DNA of 64,000 bases. Origin: Bacteroidales bacterium (GTDB taxonomy: Bacteria; Bacteroidota; Bacteroidia; Bacteroidales; WCHB1-69). The position numbers and the translations under genes were made by a program. The DNA is taken from positions 21,286 to 85,285 of the forward strand of contig JAFYAW010000018.1 in the NCBI GenBank assembly GCA_017540505.1. The letters are read 5' to 3'. Positions 53,137 to 62,540 of the stretch are shown one piece after another. Numbering within the stretch: position 1 is the stretch's first letter; the number at the start of each line of letters is the position of its first letter. Under the pieces are notes generated by a model that was not told where the DNA came from, searched no databases, and saw only the letters and a list, made by a program, of their open reading frames with translations.

Positions 53137-53318
53137 TTGGCTGTTGGCCGTTAGCTGTTGGCTATTGGGATTTGGGATTTATGTTAATGCCTGAATAAGG
53201 TTGACCGTTGGTCACTATTCACTGATCACTATTCACTGATCACTGATCACTGGTCTTAGTTCCTTAACTCCTCTCAACTCTAATCTCTAAACTCTCAACT
53301 CTAATCTCTCACCTCTTA
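53137..53318 (+). repeat. Heptanucleotide-phased drifting tandem array (about 26 units) filling a convergent intergenic spacer
   Basis: TTGGCTG TTGGCCG TTAGCTG TTGGCTA TTGGGAT TTGGGAT TTATGTT ... GTTGACC GTTGGTC ACTATTC ACTGATC ACTATTC ACTGATC ACTGATC ACTGGTC TTAGTTC CTTAACT CCTCTCA ACTCTAA TCTCTAA ACTCTCA ACTCTAA TCTCTCA CCTCTTA, all in one phase. Confidence 0.85.
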
Positions 53319-54844
53319 ATCGGCAGATAGATGACGAATGTGCTGCCCTTGCCCTCCTCGCTCTGCACCTGGATTTTGCCTTTGTGCAAGGAGACGATTT
53401 TCTTCACATAGCCAAGTCCGAGGCCGTAGCCCTTCACGTTGTGCACGTTGCCTTTGGGCACGCGGTAGAAGTTGTCGAAAATGTTGGCGATGGCCTTCTT
53501 GGGGATGCCGATACCCTTGTCGGTGACCGAGAGCAGGAAATACTTCTCGTCCGACTGCGTGTTGATAAGGATCTCGGGTGCCCCTTGCGAGTATTTGATG
53601 CCGTTTTCCACCAAATTGACAATCACATTGGCCAAATGGGAGCGGTCGCCGAAGATCTTGTAGGTGTCGGCGTTCAGGGCCAAGGAGAGCGTCCCGTTGG
53701 TGGATGAGATCTGCAGGGCGATGTTGTCCGAAACCTTGTGGATGAGCTCGTGCATGTCCAAAAGCTCGATGTTCATCTTCACCTGTCCTTTTTTCAGTTG
53801 AGCAATCTGTAAGATGTTGTTGACCATGTTTTTGAGACGGTCGTTTTCGTCACGGATGATGGAGACATAGCTCTCTAAGATGTCGGCGTCGTTGCGCATG
53901 ACGGGGTCGGTGAGTGCCTCGCAGGCTAACGAGATGGTGGAGATCGGGGTTTTGAACTCGTGGGTCATGTTATTGACGAACTCGTTGGTGACCTCCGACA
54001 GTTTTTTCTGGCGGTACAGGGAGAACAGGGCGGTGAAGGAGATGGTGAAGCAGATGATCAGGAAGATGAGGATGAGGCCCACGATGGTGCTCATACGCTG
54101 GAGGAAGATGCCGCGTTCGGCGGGGAAGTGGAGGATGATGTAGTGCGGCGCGCTCACTTTCTCGTTGAATTTCAGACGGAAGACGTAGTCGCTCTTGAGC
54201 ATCTGCTCGGGCTGGGTGAATTCCGGCTCAACGACGAAGTCGGTGGTGAAGGCGTTGTAAAGGGCGAAGTCGAAGCGTGCGGTGATGTTCTCGGCGGCCA
54301 AGGCATTCTCGATGACCTCGTGAAGGAATTCGGCGTTCAGCAGGGCCACGGTCTGGCTGTCGAGCTGGATGAGGTTGGCATCGCGGGTGTTGTTGATCAG
54401 CAGGGTAGTAGATTTGGTGTTCTTGGGTGACCACGGATCGTTGTTGACGGGGAAGAGCTGCCGGTAGGACTCGCTGAAATACTCGGTGTCGCACTCCATA
54501 AGCCGGGAGTTGTTCTCCTTGACGAAGATGACCGCCTTGATGACGCCGATGGGCTGTTGCGTTACGGTGTCGAGCAGGAATTTGCGGGTGTGCATGGTGG
54601 AGACCACATCCGTGGTGTCGGCGGCGGTGAGCTTCCCTACGGCTTCCGCCATGGCCACTGTGTCGTTGAGGATGGTGGCGTCAATCTGGTTGACGATGGC
54701 ATCGCCGGCCGTCAGCACCTCGTTGACGAAAATGCTCCGCTGCACCTTCTCCGCTTCCGTGTAAAGCTTGAAAATGGACAGGATCAGCGGGATGGAGGTG
54801 ATGCCGACAATGAAGAACAAGGCTACGATGATACGTTTTTTCAT
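53309..54844 (-). CDS. Sensor histidine kinase
   Basis: Two TM segments; H-box (NMTHEFKTPISTI); N, G1 and G2 boxes (NLVENGIKY, DKGIGIP, GYGLGL). Confidence 0.88.
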   Translation of the reverse strand: MKKRIIVALFFIVGITSIPLILSIFKLYTEAEKVQRSIFVNEVLTAGDAIVNQIDATILNDTVAMAEAVGKLTAADTTDVVSTMHTRKFLLDTVTQQPIGVIKAVIFVKENNSRLMECDTEYFSESYRQLFPVNNDPWSPKNTKSTTLLINNTRDANLIQLDSQTVALLNAEFLHEVIENALAAENITARFDFALYNAFTTDFVVEPEFTQPEQMLKSDYVFRLKFNEKVSAPHYIILHFPAERGIFLQRMSTIVGLILIFLIICFTISFTALFSLYRQKKLSEVTNEFVNNMTHEFKTPISTISLACEALTDPVMRNDADILESYVSIIRDENDRLKNMVNNILQIAQLKKGQVKMNIELLDMHELIHKVSDNIALQISSTNGTLSLALNADTYKIFGDRSHLANVIVNLVENGIKYSQGAPEILINTQSDEKYFLLSVTDKGIGIPKKAIANIFDNFYRVPKGNVHNVKGYGLGLGYVKKIVSLHKGKIQVQSEEGKGSTFVIYLPIKR

Positions 54845-54853
54845 AAGAATGGA

Positions 54854-55774
54854 TTAAACGAGGTGTTCCAAAAATGTGAGGGTGTATTCTGCTGGATTGG
54901 CTTGTAGTAGAGGCCTTTCTGTATAATAGGTGTAATGGACTACGGCCACCGGCGGGAAGTCGTTGTCGCTCTCGCGGAAGAGGAAGGTGCCGGCATCCAT
55001 GTAGGGTTGTCGGCTCATAAGATGGATGGCTTTCTGGTATTCTAAGTGGTTGAGGAAACGGTTGTGGGTGGATAGCGGAAGGCTGGCATCCTGCAGACAT
55101 CGGAAGAGGGGTTGGAAGTCATAGCCTTGTGGCACAAGCAGTTTCCGGATGGCCTTCGGTCCCCGCCCGAAATAGGTGCAGATACCGTGTGCCGTTTGCC
55201 GCAGGGCAAGGTCGTATTCCTTTCCGGTAAGGATGGTGGTGCGCCCTTTCCGGATGCGGAGCAGATGCGGTTTCCCATTAAAATATTGGTCAAATGTGTC
55301 GAGTTGGTCCGGATTCACGTCAGCGATGAAGGCATCCGCATCGGTGATCTTGTCCGCAAAACGGATACGTTGTGCCCATGCAGGCTCTGTTTCGGTCAGC
55401 ATCTGGACGATGATGGGCAGCAGGAGGTTGTCGTCCGAGTCTTGCCGGCATTGGAGACGGTGTCCAGTGAGCAGGATATGCAGCAGGTCGGGGAAGGCTT
55501 GCAGCGGCATATCGCCGGCAGCCACAAGGGCGATGTCAAGGCCGGTGGGGTGGGGCAGGGAGGGATGATCCCGCATCAGCGCAAGCAGGGTGTCCTCTTC
55601 CAGCAGGCGGGCAGTTTCCGTCAGGGCTTGCTCACAGCATTCAGGGGTGAACCAGGGGTTGCGCTGGTGTTGCACACGGATGGCCTCCCCGAAGCGTTGG
55701 CGGAGGATGTCCGGCTGCCGTAGCTGCTGGCCCAGCCGGAGAAAGGGGCGTATATTTGCTTCAGCGGTGATCAT
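54854..55774 (-). CDS. LuxC-like acyl-CoA reductase family protein
   Basis: N-terminal ...FLRLGQQL...NPWFTPE... pattern typical of Bacteroidota proteins annotated as acyl-CoA reductase. Identified from memory only. Confidence 0.5.
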   Translation of the reverse strand: MITAEANIRPFLRLGQQLRQPDILRQRFGEAIRVQHQRNPWFTPECCEQALTETARLLEEDTLLALMRDHPSLPHPTGLDIALVAAGDMPLQAFPDLLHILLTGHRLQCRQDSDDNLLLPIIVQMLTETEPAWAQRIRFADKITDADAFIADVNPDQLDTFDQYFNGKPHLLRIRKGRTTILTGKEYDLALRQTAHGICTYFGRGPKAIRKLLVPQGYDFQPLFRCLQDASLPLSTHNRFLNHLEYQKAIHLMSRQPYMDAGTFLFRESDNDFPPVAVVHYTYYTERPLLQANPAEYTLTFLEHLV

Positions 55775-57234
55775 GAACGCACGGCCTCGCAGGCTTCCCG
55801 CACGATGCGGCGGATTTCCTCCTCGGGAAATTCTTGGATGAACCCCTGCTGTTCGAAGAGACGGGCCAGGGTGTGCGTCTCGTCAATGTCGTGCTTGGCG
55901 ATGTCATAGACCTCCTGCCAGGTGCGCGTCTTGCGGGCCACGCCATCGTGGATGGCCTGCATGGCCACATCGGCAGCCACGGTCGGGAAGAGGTCGCTGT
56001 CCATCATGGTGGGCATGATGTGCTCGGTGCTAAGACCTTGACGTTCTGCGAAGTCGGCGATGGAGTGTGCGGCGCGGATGGCCATGCTGTCGGTGATCTT
56101 GCGGGCCGACACTAACAGCGTGCCCTTGAGGATGGAGGGGAAGCATACGGAGTTGTTGACCTGGTTGGGGAAGTCGCCGCGTCCGGTGGCCACGATGTAG
56201 GCGCCGGCCTCCTTGGCCTTGTAGGGGTATATTTCCGGCACGGGGTTGGCGCAGACGAAGACGATGGACTTGTCGGCCATGAGGGAGATCCATTCCGGCT
56301 TGATGGTGTCGGGGCCGGGTTTGGAAAGGGCAATCAGCACGTCGGCATCCTTGAAGGCCTCTTCGTGGGTCTCGATATGTTGCGGGTTGGTGGAGAGGCA
56401 TAATTCCCATTTGCGGTAGAATCGTTTGTCCTCGCGGTATTGGGTGCGTCCGCTGTGGAGTGTGCCTTTGGTGTCGAAGATGATGATGTTTTCGGGCTTC
56501 ACGCCGTCGGTGATCATCAGGCGGGCGATGGTGGTGTTGGCGGCTCCCGCACCGTAGAGCACGGCCTTGATGTCGGACATCTTCTTGCCGGTGATTTTCA
56601 GCGCGTTGATAAGGCCGGCCAGCGTCACGCAGGCGGTGCCTTGCGCGTCATCGTGCCACACGGGGATGTCGCAGGCCTCGCGCAGGGTGTCCAGCACGCG
56701 GTAGCAGTTGGGCTGCGAGATGTCCTCCAGATTCACGGCGCCGAAGCTGTGCTGTACCATCTTCACGAACTCGATGAGCTTGTCGGCTTGGTGCTCGCCG
56801 TTCTCGTCACGGCTGTCGATGCAGAGGGGTACAGAGTCCACCCCGCCGAGATATTTCATCAGCATGGCCTTGCCCTCCATGACACCTAACCCGCCGGGAG
56901 GTGTGCAGTCGCCGTCGCCCAACACGCGCGTGCTGTCGCTGACGACGGCCACCAAGTTGGAACGGTTGCTGAGCTCGAAGGAGCGGTCGTTGTCATCCCG
57001 GATGGTGGTGGACACCGCCGACACACCCGGCGTGTACCACACGTTGAACCAGTTGAAACCATAGATGGGCGCCTTGGGCAGCGTCTGCATCTTGCCCCCG
57101 TAAAACTGATGGGCGGCAATGGATATTTTTTTGTAAAACAGCGTCTTGGCTTTGGCAATCTGCTCTTCGGTGAAATCGTTCGGAAACAGTTCCTCGATGT
57201 GGTCTAATGTTTGGATGTCGTTCATTGGAATCAT
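55771..57234 (-). CDS. NAD(P)-dependent malic enzyme (no phosphotransacetylase-like domain)
   Basis: VAVVSDSTRVLGDGD, GKAMLMKYLGGVD and VLYGAGAANTTIARL (NAD-binding) motifs. Confidence 0.85.
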   Translation of the reverse strand: MIPMNDIQTLDHIEELFPNDFTEEQIAKAKTLFYKKISIAAHQFYGGKMQTLPKAPIYGFNWFNVWYTPGVSAVSTTIRDDNDRSFELSNRSNLVAVVSDSTRVLGDGDCTPPGGLGVMEGKAMLMKYLGGVDSVPLCIDSRDENGEHQADKLIEFVKMVQHSFGAVNLEDISQPNCYRVLDTLREACDIPVWHDDAQGTACVTLAGLINALKITGKKMSDIKAVLYGAGAANTTIARLMITDGVKPENIIIFDTKGTLHSGRTQYREDKRFYRKWELCLSTNPQHIETHEEAFKDADVLIALSKPGPDTIKPEWISLMADKSIVFVCANPVPEIYPYKAKEAGAYIVATGRGDFPNQVNNSVCFPSILKGTLLVSARKITDSMAIRAAHSIADFAERQGLSTEHIMPTMMDSDLFPTVAADVAMQAIHDGVARKTRTWQEVYDIAKHDIDETHTLARLFEQQGFIQEFPEEEIRRIVREACEAVRS

Positions 57235-57248
57235 TTTTTATGAGGATG

Positions 57249-57256
57249 CAAAAATA
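57249..57256 (-). promoter_or_regulatory. -7 box TATTTTTG (minus strand) for the malic-enzyme operon
   Basis: Reverse complement of CAAAAATA, 15 nt upstream of the ATG at 57234. Confidence 0.5.
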
Positions 57257-57336
57257 CAAAAAAAGAAACGTTTTTATTAAGAAAATGATGTTTACAATTC
57301 TCTTTCCGCTGCAAGAAACGCCCCTAGAATTTTTCC

Positions 57337-57344
57337 TACATTTG
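57337..57344 (+). promoter_or_regulatory. -7 box TACATTTG
   Basis: TAnnTTTG 39 nt upstream of the ATG at 57383. Confidence 0.5.
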
Positions 57345-57382
57345 CCCGTTTATTATAATCTAAAATAAAAGAAGCCTGATAT

Positions 57383-60300
57383 ATGAAACCTTTTAGAATT
57401 TTAGCCTTCGTGTTTCTTCTGGGATGCTGGATGCCGCTGGCCGGATGGGCGCAGCGCACGGAAAATTACAAATCCCCGCAGTACGAGTACAAGGTGGCTA
57501 TGGACCTTTTCCAGAATGAGAAATACGGTTCCGCACAGCAGTATTTCAAGTATGTCTTTGAAAAGACGGACGATATGCAGCAGGATATCAAGACCAACTC
57601 CTTCTTCTACATGGGTATCTGCGCGGCCAAGCTCGACAACCCCGATGCCGCCTACCTGTTGCAGTCATTCATCGACCGCTATCCGGTGCATTCCAATGTG
57701 ACCGAAGCCCATTTCTATCTGGGCCGTTATTATTTCAGCCGTAAAAACTGGAAAAAGGCCATTCCTCATTTTGAGGAGATTATGGACAACGAGATCCAGC
57801 CGGAGAACCGGGCAGAATACTGCTTCAAGAGAGGGTATTGCTATTTCATGCTCAACGACTACGACAAGGCGAAGTCCTATCTCAACCAGGCTCGCGAGGA
57901 GTCGGGTCCGTATCAGAAGCACGCCATCTACTATCTGGCCTATCTGGCCTACCAGAACGGGCATTATGAGGCGGCGTTGGAGGATTTCCTCCTGCTGAAG
58001 GACGATCCTGAATATCGCGATGACGTGCGCCAGTACTTGACGCAGATCTATTTCAAGGAGGGACAGTATGAGAAGGTGTTGCAGACGGCACCGACGCTTA
58101 CCGATTCCAAGGATCCCGCCCAGCTGCAGGCACTCCGCTGCGTGGCCATCTCGCAATATAATCTCAACCAGTACGAGCAGGCCGCCGACAACTTCGACAA
58201 GCTGCTGGCCGCCGACAAGATTACCCTTGACAGCAACGACTATTTCGCCGCCGGCTTCACCTACTACCGTGCGCAGGCGTATGACAAGGCCATCGAGAAT
58301 TTTTCCAAGGCCATCAACCCCAAGAATCCCACCGCCACCACGCAGAACTGCTACTATCTGCTCGGCGACTGCTACCGCCGGACCAACCAGAACAATCTGG
58401 CCATCCAGAGCTTCAAGGAGGCTTCGAAATATGATTTCAACAGCGATATAAAGGAGGATGCTCTTTACAATTATGCCAAACTCCAGTGCCAGACCTCTAC
58501 CAGTCCGTTCAACAACGGCATCCAGGCCCTGCAGGAGTACATGAACACCTACCCGCACTCTTCCCGTAGCGAGGAGGTGTCGGCCTATCTCTCCAAACTG
58601 TATCTCTCCACTAAAAACTACCAGACTGCCATCGCCTCCATTGAAAAGTTGAGCAACAAGACCCCGGCGATACTGAAGGCCTACCAGCGTTGCACCTATT
58701 TCCGTGCGTTAGAGCTTATCAACAACCGCAGCCATAAGGAGGCGTTGCAGACGTTGGCGAAAACCCTCTCCGCGCCGGTTGACAAGGATATGAACCTGAG
58801 TGCGTTGTACTGGAAAGGGGAATCCCAATACCGCAACGAGCAGTACTCCGACGCTTATTATACGTTGCAGAACTACCAGCGCACGGCCGGTGCCTCGTCC
58901 AATGAGTTCTACCGCCAGTCCTACTACACGCTGGGCTATGCGTCGCTGAAGATCAAGCGCTACCGCGATGCCGCCCGCTACTTCAAGGAGTTCCTGAATG
59001 GCGACGTGGAGAGTCCGGCGGAGCGGGCGGATGCCACCGCACGATTGGCCGACTGCTATTTCATGCAGCAGGACCTCAATTCCGCCATCCAGTATTACAC
59101 CCAATGTGAGAATCTTGGCCAGTCCAACGCCGACTATGCCATCTACCAGTCGGCGAAATGCTATGGCTACCAGAAGAACAATGCGAAGAAGATTGCCGCT
59201 CTGAACCGTCTGACGGACAACTACTCGCAGTCGGCCTACTTGGACGATGCGGAATATGACCTGGCGGTGACGTACCACACGCGGAACGATTACGCGCAGG
59301 CCATCGCCGCCTACAAGGACTTCATCGCCCGCCATCCGAAGAGCAAGTACGTGCGGCAGGCGCACACCCGTCTGGCCCAGGCCTACCTGAACAGCGACAA
59401 TGTGCCGATGGCCATCTCCACCTACAAGTATGTGGTGGAGACCTACCCGGGTTCGCAGGAGGCCAAGGATGCGTTGGCCAACCTGGAGAACATCTACACC
59501 GAGGAGGGCAACACCAGCGAGTTCTTCGACTATGTGCGCACCAAGAATATGAACATCACCGCCGACCGGCAGGATTCCATTGCCTTCCGTGCCGTGGAGA
59601 GCAAATACAACCGCGGCGACTGCGAGGCCTCGATACGGAGCTGCGGCGACTATCTGCGCCAGTTCCCGAACGGCTCGTTTGTGGCCAAGGCCCGCTTCTA
59701 CCGTGCCGAGTGCGAGTACGGACAGCGCCGCTACTCGGAAGCCCTTGCCGATTATGAGGCTATTATCAAAAACTTCAAGACCGAATACAATGTGACCGCC
59801 CTGCATAAATCGGCCTCCATCCTCTATAACGACAAGGAGTATGCCCGTGCCTTGAATTATTTCAACAAGCTGATAGAAAGCACGTCGGATGAGGATGAAC
59901 TTATCTTTGCCAACAATGGGGTGATGCATTGCGCCTACTTCCTGAAGGAGTATCCCAAGGCACTGAACGCCGCCGCCAACATTGTCAGCTCCAACCAGAC
60001 GGATGCCGACCTGCTGAATGAGGCGCTGCTCATCGCCGGCAATTCCGCCAAGAACAACGGCGAGTATGCCAAGGCCAAGGATTATTACAGCCGATTGGTG
60101 AAGCGAGGCAGCAACGACCTTTGCGCCGAAGCCGCCTACCACCTGGCCGACATCGCGCTCAATCAGGAGAACGACCTGGCCGCCTGCGAGACCCGCATCC
60201 GCGCCATCCTCGGCAGTGACTACTCTTCCGAATATTGGTACGCCCGCACCTTCATCCTCTATGGTGACCTCTACAAGGCGAAAGGCAATTATTTCCAGGC

Positions 60301-60409
60301 CCGTCATACCTACCAGAGTATTGTGGACAATTACGAAGGCGAGGAACTGGTCAACATGGCCAAGGCCCGCATTGCCGAGTTGGATGCTTTGGAAAACAAT
60401 CAGGAATAA
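57383..60409 (+). CDS. Large tetratricopeptide-repeat (TPR) protein, secreted or lipoprotein
   Basis: Signal peptide (possible lipobox LLGC). Many 34-aa TPR-like repeats (A..Y..G.CY....Y..A pattern) across 1008 aa. Confidence 0.75.
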   Translation: MKPFRILAFVFLLGCWMPLAGWAQRTENYKSPQYEYKVAMDLFQNEKYGSAQQYFKYVFEKTDDMQQDIKTNSFFYMGICAAKLDNPDAAYLLQSFIDRYPVHSNVTEAHFYLGRYYFSRKNWKKAIPHFEEIMDNEIQPENRAEYCFKRGYCYFMLNDYDKAKSYLNQAREESGPYQKHAIYYLAYLAYQNGHYEAALEDFLLLKDDPEYRDDVRQYLTQIYFKEGQYEKVLQTAPTLTDSKDPAQLQALRCVAISQYNLNQYEQAADNFDKLLAADKITLDSNDYFAAGFTYYRAQAYDKAIENFSKAINPKNPTATTQNCYYLLGDCYRRTNQNNLAIQSFKEASKYDFNSDIKEDALYNYAKLQCQTSTSPFNNGIQALQEYMNTYPHSSRSEEVSAYLSKLYLSTKNYQTAIASIEKLSNKTPAILKAYQRCTYFRALELINNRSHKEALQTLAKTLSAPVDKDMNLSALYWKGESQYRNEQYSDAYYTLQNYQRTAGASSNEFYRQSYYTLGYASLKIKRYRDAARYFKEFLNGDVESPAERADATARLADCYFMQQDLNSAIQYYTQCENLGQSNADYAIYQSAKCYGYQKNNAKKIAALNRLTDNYSQSAYLDDAEYDLAVTYHTRNDYAQAIAAYKDFIARHPKSKYVRQAHTRLAQAYLNSDNVPMAISTYKYVVETYPGSQEAKDALANLENIYTEEGNTSEFFDYVRTKNMNITADRQDSIAFRAVESKYNRGDCEASIRSCGDYLRQFPNGSFVAKARFYRAECEYGQRRYSEALADYEAIIKNFKTEYNVTALHKSASILYNDKEYARALNYFNKLIESTSDEDELIFANNGVMHCAYFLKEYPKALNAAANIVSSNQTDADLLNEALLIAGNSAKNNGEYAKAKDYYSRLVKRGSNDLCAEAAYHLADIALNQENDLAACETRIRAILGSDYSSEYWYARTFILYGDLYKAKGNYFQARHTYQSIVDNYEGEELVNMAKARIAELDALENNQE

Positions 60410-60421
60410 TTTTAAAGTCGG

Positions 60422-62308
60422 ATGATTATGAGATACAATAATAATATAAGACGAATGGCCGTGGTGGCCGCATTATGTTGCTGTGCTCTCGGAATGAGCG
60501 CCCAGGTGGTGGATTCCGCGCATCTGCTGATACAGTATGTCCCCAAACTGATCAACTCCAACAAAATCAACCGTTCTGCCGTCATCGTGGACACCGTACA
60601 GGAGGAGGTGAAATACACCTATTCGATCAGTCCGCAGAAGCCGGAGGTCACATTCAACGCTGCTGAAATGAAGGTGACCAAGCTGAATCCCGAAATCAGC
60701 GAGCTCTACTACCGGAATTACATTAAGTTGGGCTTCGGTTACCCGATCACGCCGTTAGCGGAGCTGTCGATGCACAACTGCCGCAACCGCAAATATTCCT
60801 ACGGCTTGAATTTCCATCATTTCTCCTCGTGGGCGGAGCCGATAGGCAAAATCCAGAAGCAGTATGCCTACGCGCCCACCAGCGACACTCGCGTACATCT
60901 TTTCATGAACCGCTTTTTCAAAAATTACACCCTGTACACCTCGTTAGGCTACAACCATGAGATGGCTAACCTGTATGGGTACAACAAGAGTTGGGGTATC
61001 GATCCTGTTTATTATGAAAAAGATTATCGTGACAGTATTCACAATAATTTCCACCATCTGAAAGCCGAATTGGGCATCCGTTCCAATTATACGACCGAAG
61101 ACAAGCGTGTGAAAGAGGATGTGCGCTTGAATTACGATTTTATCCATACCTATTGGAAAGATATGGAGCACACGGTGGGTCTGAAATCCTTCATTGCGTA
61201 TGATGAACGTTTTCTGAAGATTTCCGGTTACCAGCATTATCAGTTGGATTTCAATGTGGAGTATTATAACAACCATTGGAATGATTCCATTTATAATGCG
61301 GGTACCCAGCATAATGTGGCAAGTCCCAATGTTGACAACAGCTTCAAAATTGAGTTCCGTCCGCACATGAACTTCACGATCAAGGAGTACCACATCTTGT
61401 TGGGTGTGGGTGTGCCGGTGCTGATGGCCAACGAGCAGCTGAGGTGCCCAGTCTATCCCATCGCCGAGTTGCAGTTGGGTTTGGTGCGTGGGTTGCTCAG
61501 CATCTATGCCGGTGTGGACGGCCGTTCCGAATACAACTCGTTGAAGAACATCCTCTATGAGAATCCCTACGTGAAACCGCAGCTCGACAGTCTCCGTTTC
61601 AACCGGACGCAGGTCAGCATCTACGGAGGTGTGAAGGGTAATCTCTTCAAGAAATTCAACTACCACATTTCCGCACGTTACTCTTACAGCAAGGATATGC
61701 CCTTTTATGTGCTGGATACCAACAGTATGCTGAAAAACCAGTTCGACATTGTGTATGCCGAGAAGGTAGGGCACCTGAACGTGTGCGCCAACCTGAGCTG
61801 GGAGGCCATCGATCATCTCTATTTGAATCTGAACGCCAATTATTGGGGCTACTATTTCAGTCGCAAATCGCAGCATCCGGAGCACGCCTGGTACAAGCCC
61901 ACGTGGGAGATCGGCTTCGAGGGCAAGTATGTGCTGAAACAGAAGTTCATCTTCGACGTTAACGCCAAAGTGGGCTTCGACCGTTGGGCTCTGATGCCGG
62001 TCACGGGCGTGGATGAGGCGGGCAACACCGTCATCACCGGCTATCGCACGGTCAATGACATCCGCAAGGATTATGACATGCGCGATGCCGATGGCAAGAA
62101 GGTCTTCAAGCCGATACTCAATTTCGGTGTGGGATTCGAATACATCATCACCAAGCATTTTGCCGCCTTCGCACAGGTCAACAACATCGGGTGCCAGTAT
62201 GCGTCCGAATATTTGAATTTCAACAATTTTGGGGTGAATGCATTGGTGGGTGTGACCTATTCTTTCGGCAATGAGCCGTTGAAGCCTGCCAAGAAAAAGA
62301 AACAGTAG
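60422..62308 (+). CDS. Putative porin / outer-membrane beta-barrel protein
   Basis: Signal peptide (AVVAALCCCALGMSAQ); beta-strand periodicity; GVTYSFG near the C-terminus; paired with the TPR gene. Confidence 0.55.
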   Translation: MIMRYNNNIRRMAVVAALCCCALGMSAQVVDSAHLLIQYVPKLINSNKINRSAVIVDTVQEEVKYTYSISPQKPEVTFNAAEMKVTKLNPEISELYYRNYIKLGFGYPITPLAELSMHNCRNRKYSYGLNFHHFSSWAEPIGKIQKQYAYAPTSDTRVHLFMNRFFKNYTLYTSLGYNHEMANLYGYNKSWGIDPVYYEKDYRDSIHNNFHHLKAELGIRSNYTTEDKRVKEDVRLNYDFIHTYWKDMEHTVGLKSFIAYDERFLKISGYQHYQLDFNVEYYNNHWNDSIYNAGTQHNVASPNVDNSFKIEFRPHMNFTIKEYHILLGVGVPVLMANEQLRCPVYPIAELQLGLVRGLLSIYAGVDGRSEYNSLKNILYENPYVKPQLDSLRFNRTQVSIYGGVKGNLFKKFNYHISARYSYSKDMPFYVLDTNSMLKNQFDIVYAEKVGHLNVCANLSWEAIDHLYLNLNANYWGYYFSRKSQHPEHAWYKPTWEIGFEGKYVLKQKFIFDVNAKVGFDRWALMPVTGVDEAGNTVITGYRTVNDIRKDYDMRDADGKKVFKPILNFGVGFEYIITKHFAAFAQVNNIGCQYASEYLNFNNFGVNALVGVTYSFGNEPLKPAKKKKQ

Positions 62309-62343
62309 GCGATGGCCTGTTGCGGCAGTGTCAAAAAAAAATG

Positions 62344-62351
62344 TATTTTTG
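62344..62351 (+). promoter_or_regulatory. -7 box TATTTTTG for tRNA-Met
   Basis: TAnnTTTG 30 nt upstream of the tRNA. The extended context AAAAAAA(A/G)TGTATTTTTGCCGCC..TTTCAA is shared with the tRNA-Ser promoter. Confidence 0.6.
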
Positions 62352-62380
62352 CCGCCACTTTCAAGACTACACGATAGTCG

Positions 62381-62454
62381 GGTCCCTTAGCGCAGTTGGT
62401 TAGAGCAACTGACTCATAATCAGTAGGTCCTTGGTTCGAGCCCAAGAGGGACCA
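62381..62454 (+). tRNA. tRNA with CAT anticodon (Met elongator, or Ile2 if lysidinylated)
   Basis: Acceptor GGTCCCT/AGGGACC. D-arm GCGC-AGTTGGTTA-GAGC. Anticodon stem ACTGA/TCAGT with loop CTCATAA. T-arm CTTGG-TTCGAGC-CCAAG. Discriminator A. Confidence 0.9.
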
Positions 62455-62466
62455 CATAAGACAGGC

Positions 62467-62501
62467 AAGCACTTGCAATATGATTTTGCAGGTGCTTTTT
62501 T
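62467..62501 (+). terminator. Intrinsic terminator after tRNA-Met
   Basis: 12-bp stem AAGCACTTGCAA/TTGCAGGTGCTT (one G-U pair) running into T6. Confidence 0.75.
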
Positions 62502-62540
62502 ATTGTGGCGCTGGGAAAGGTGAAATTTCCACCAATTGTC

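Noticed and set aside
52552-53154. 200-aa alternative-frame ORF overlapping 52421..53134
   Set aside because: It is Arg/Ala/Gly-rich out-of-frame sequence typical of GC-rich shadow frames. The 52421 frame starts 16 nt after tsaE and has more protein-like composition. Neither frame could be confirmed by homology.
53137-53318. Possibility that the short-period arrays or hairpin repeats are a CRISPR array
   Set aside because: The repeat unit is only 7 nt, with no 25-40 nt unique spacers between constant repeats. The units drift rather than stay constant. No cas genes are present in the window.
57665-60307. 297-aa and 532-aa minus-strand ORFs (57665..58558 and 58709..60307)
   Set aside because: Both are antisense to the 1008-aa TPR protein, whose 34-residue repeat periodicity identifies the true frame.
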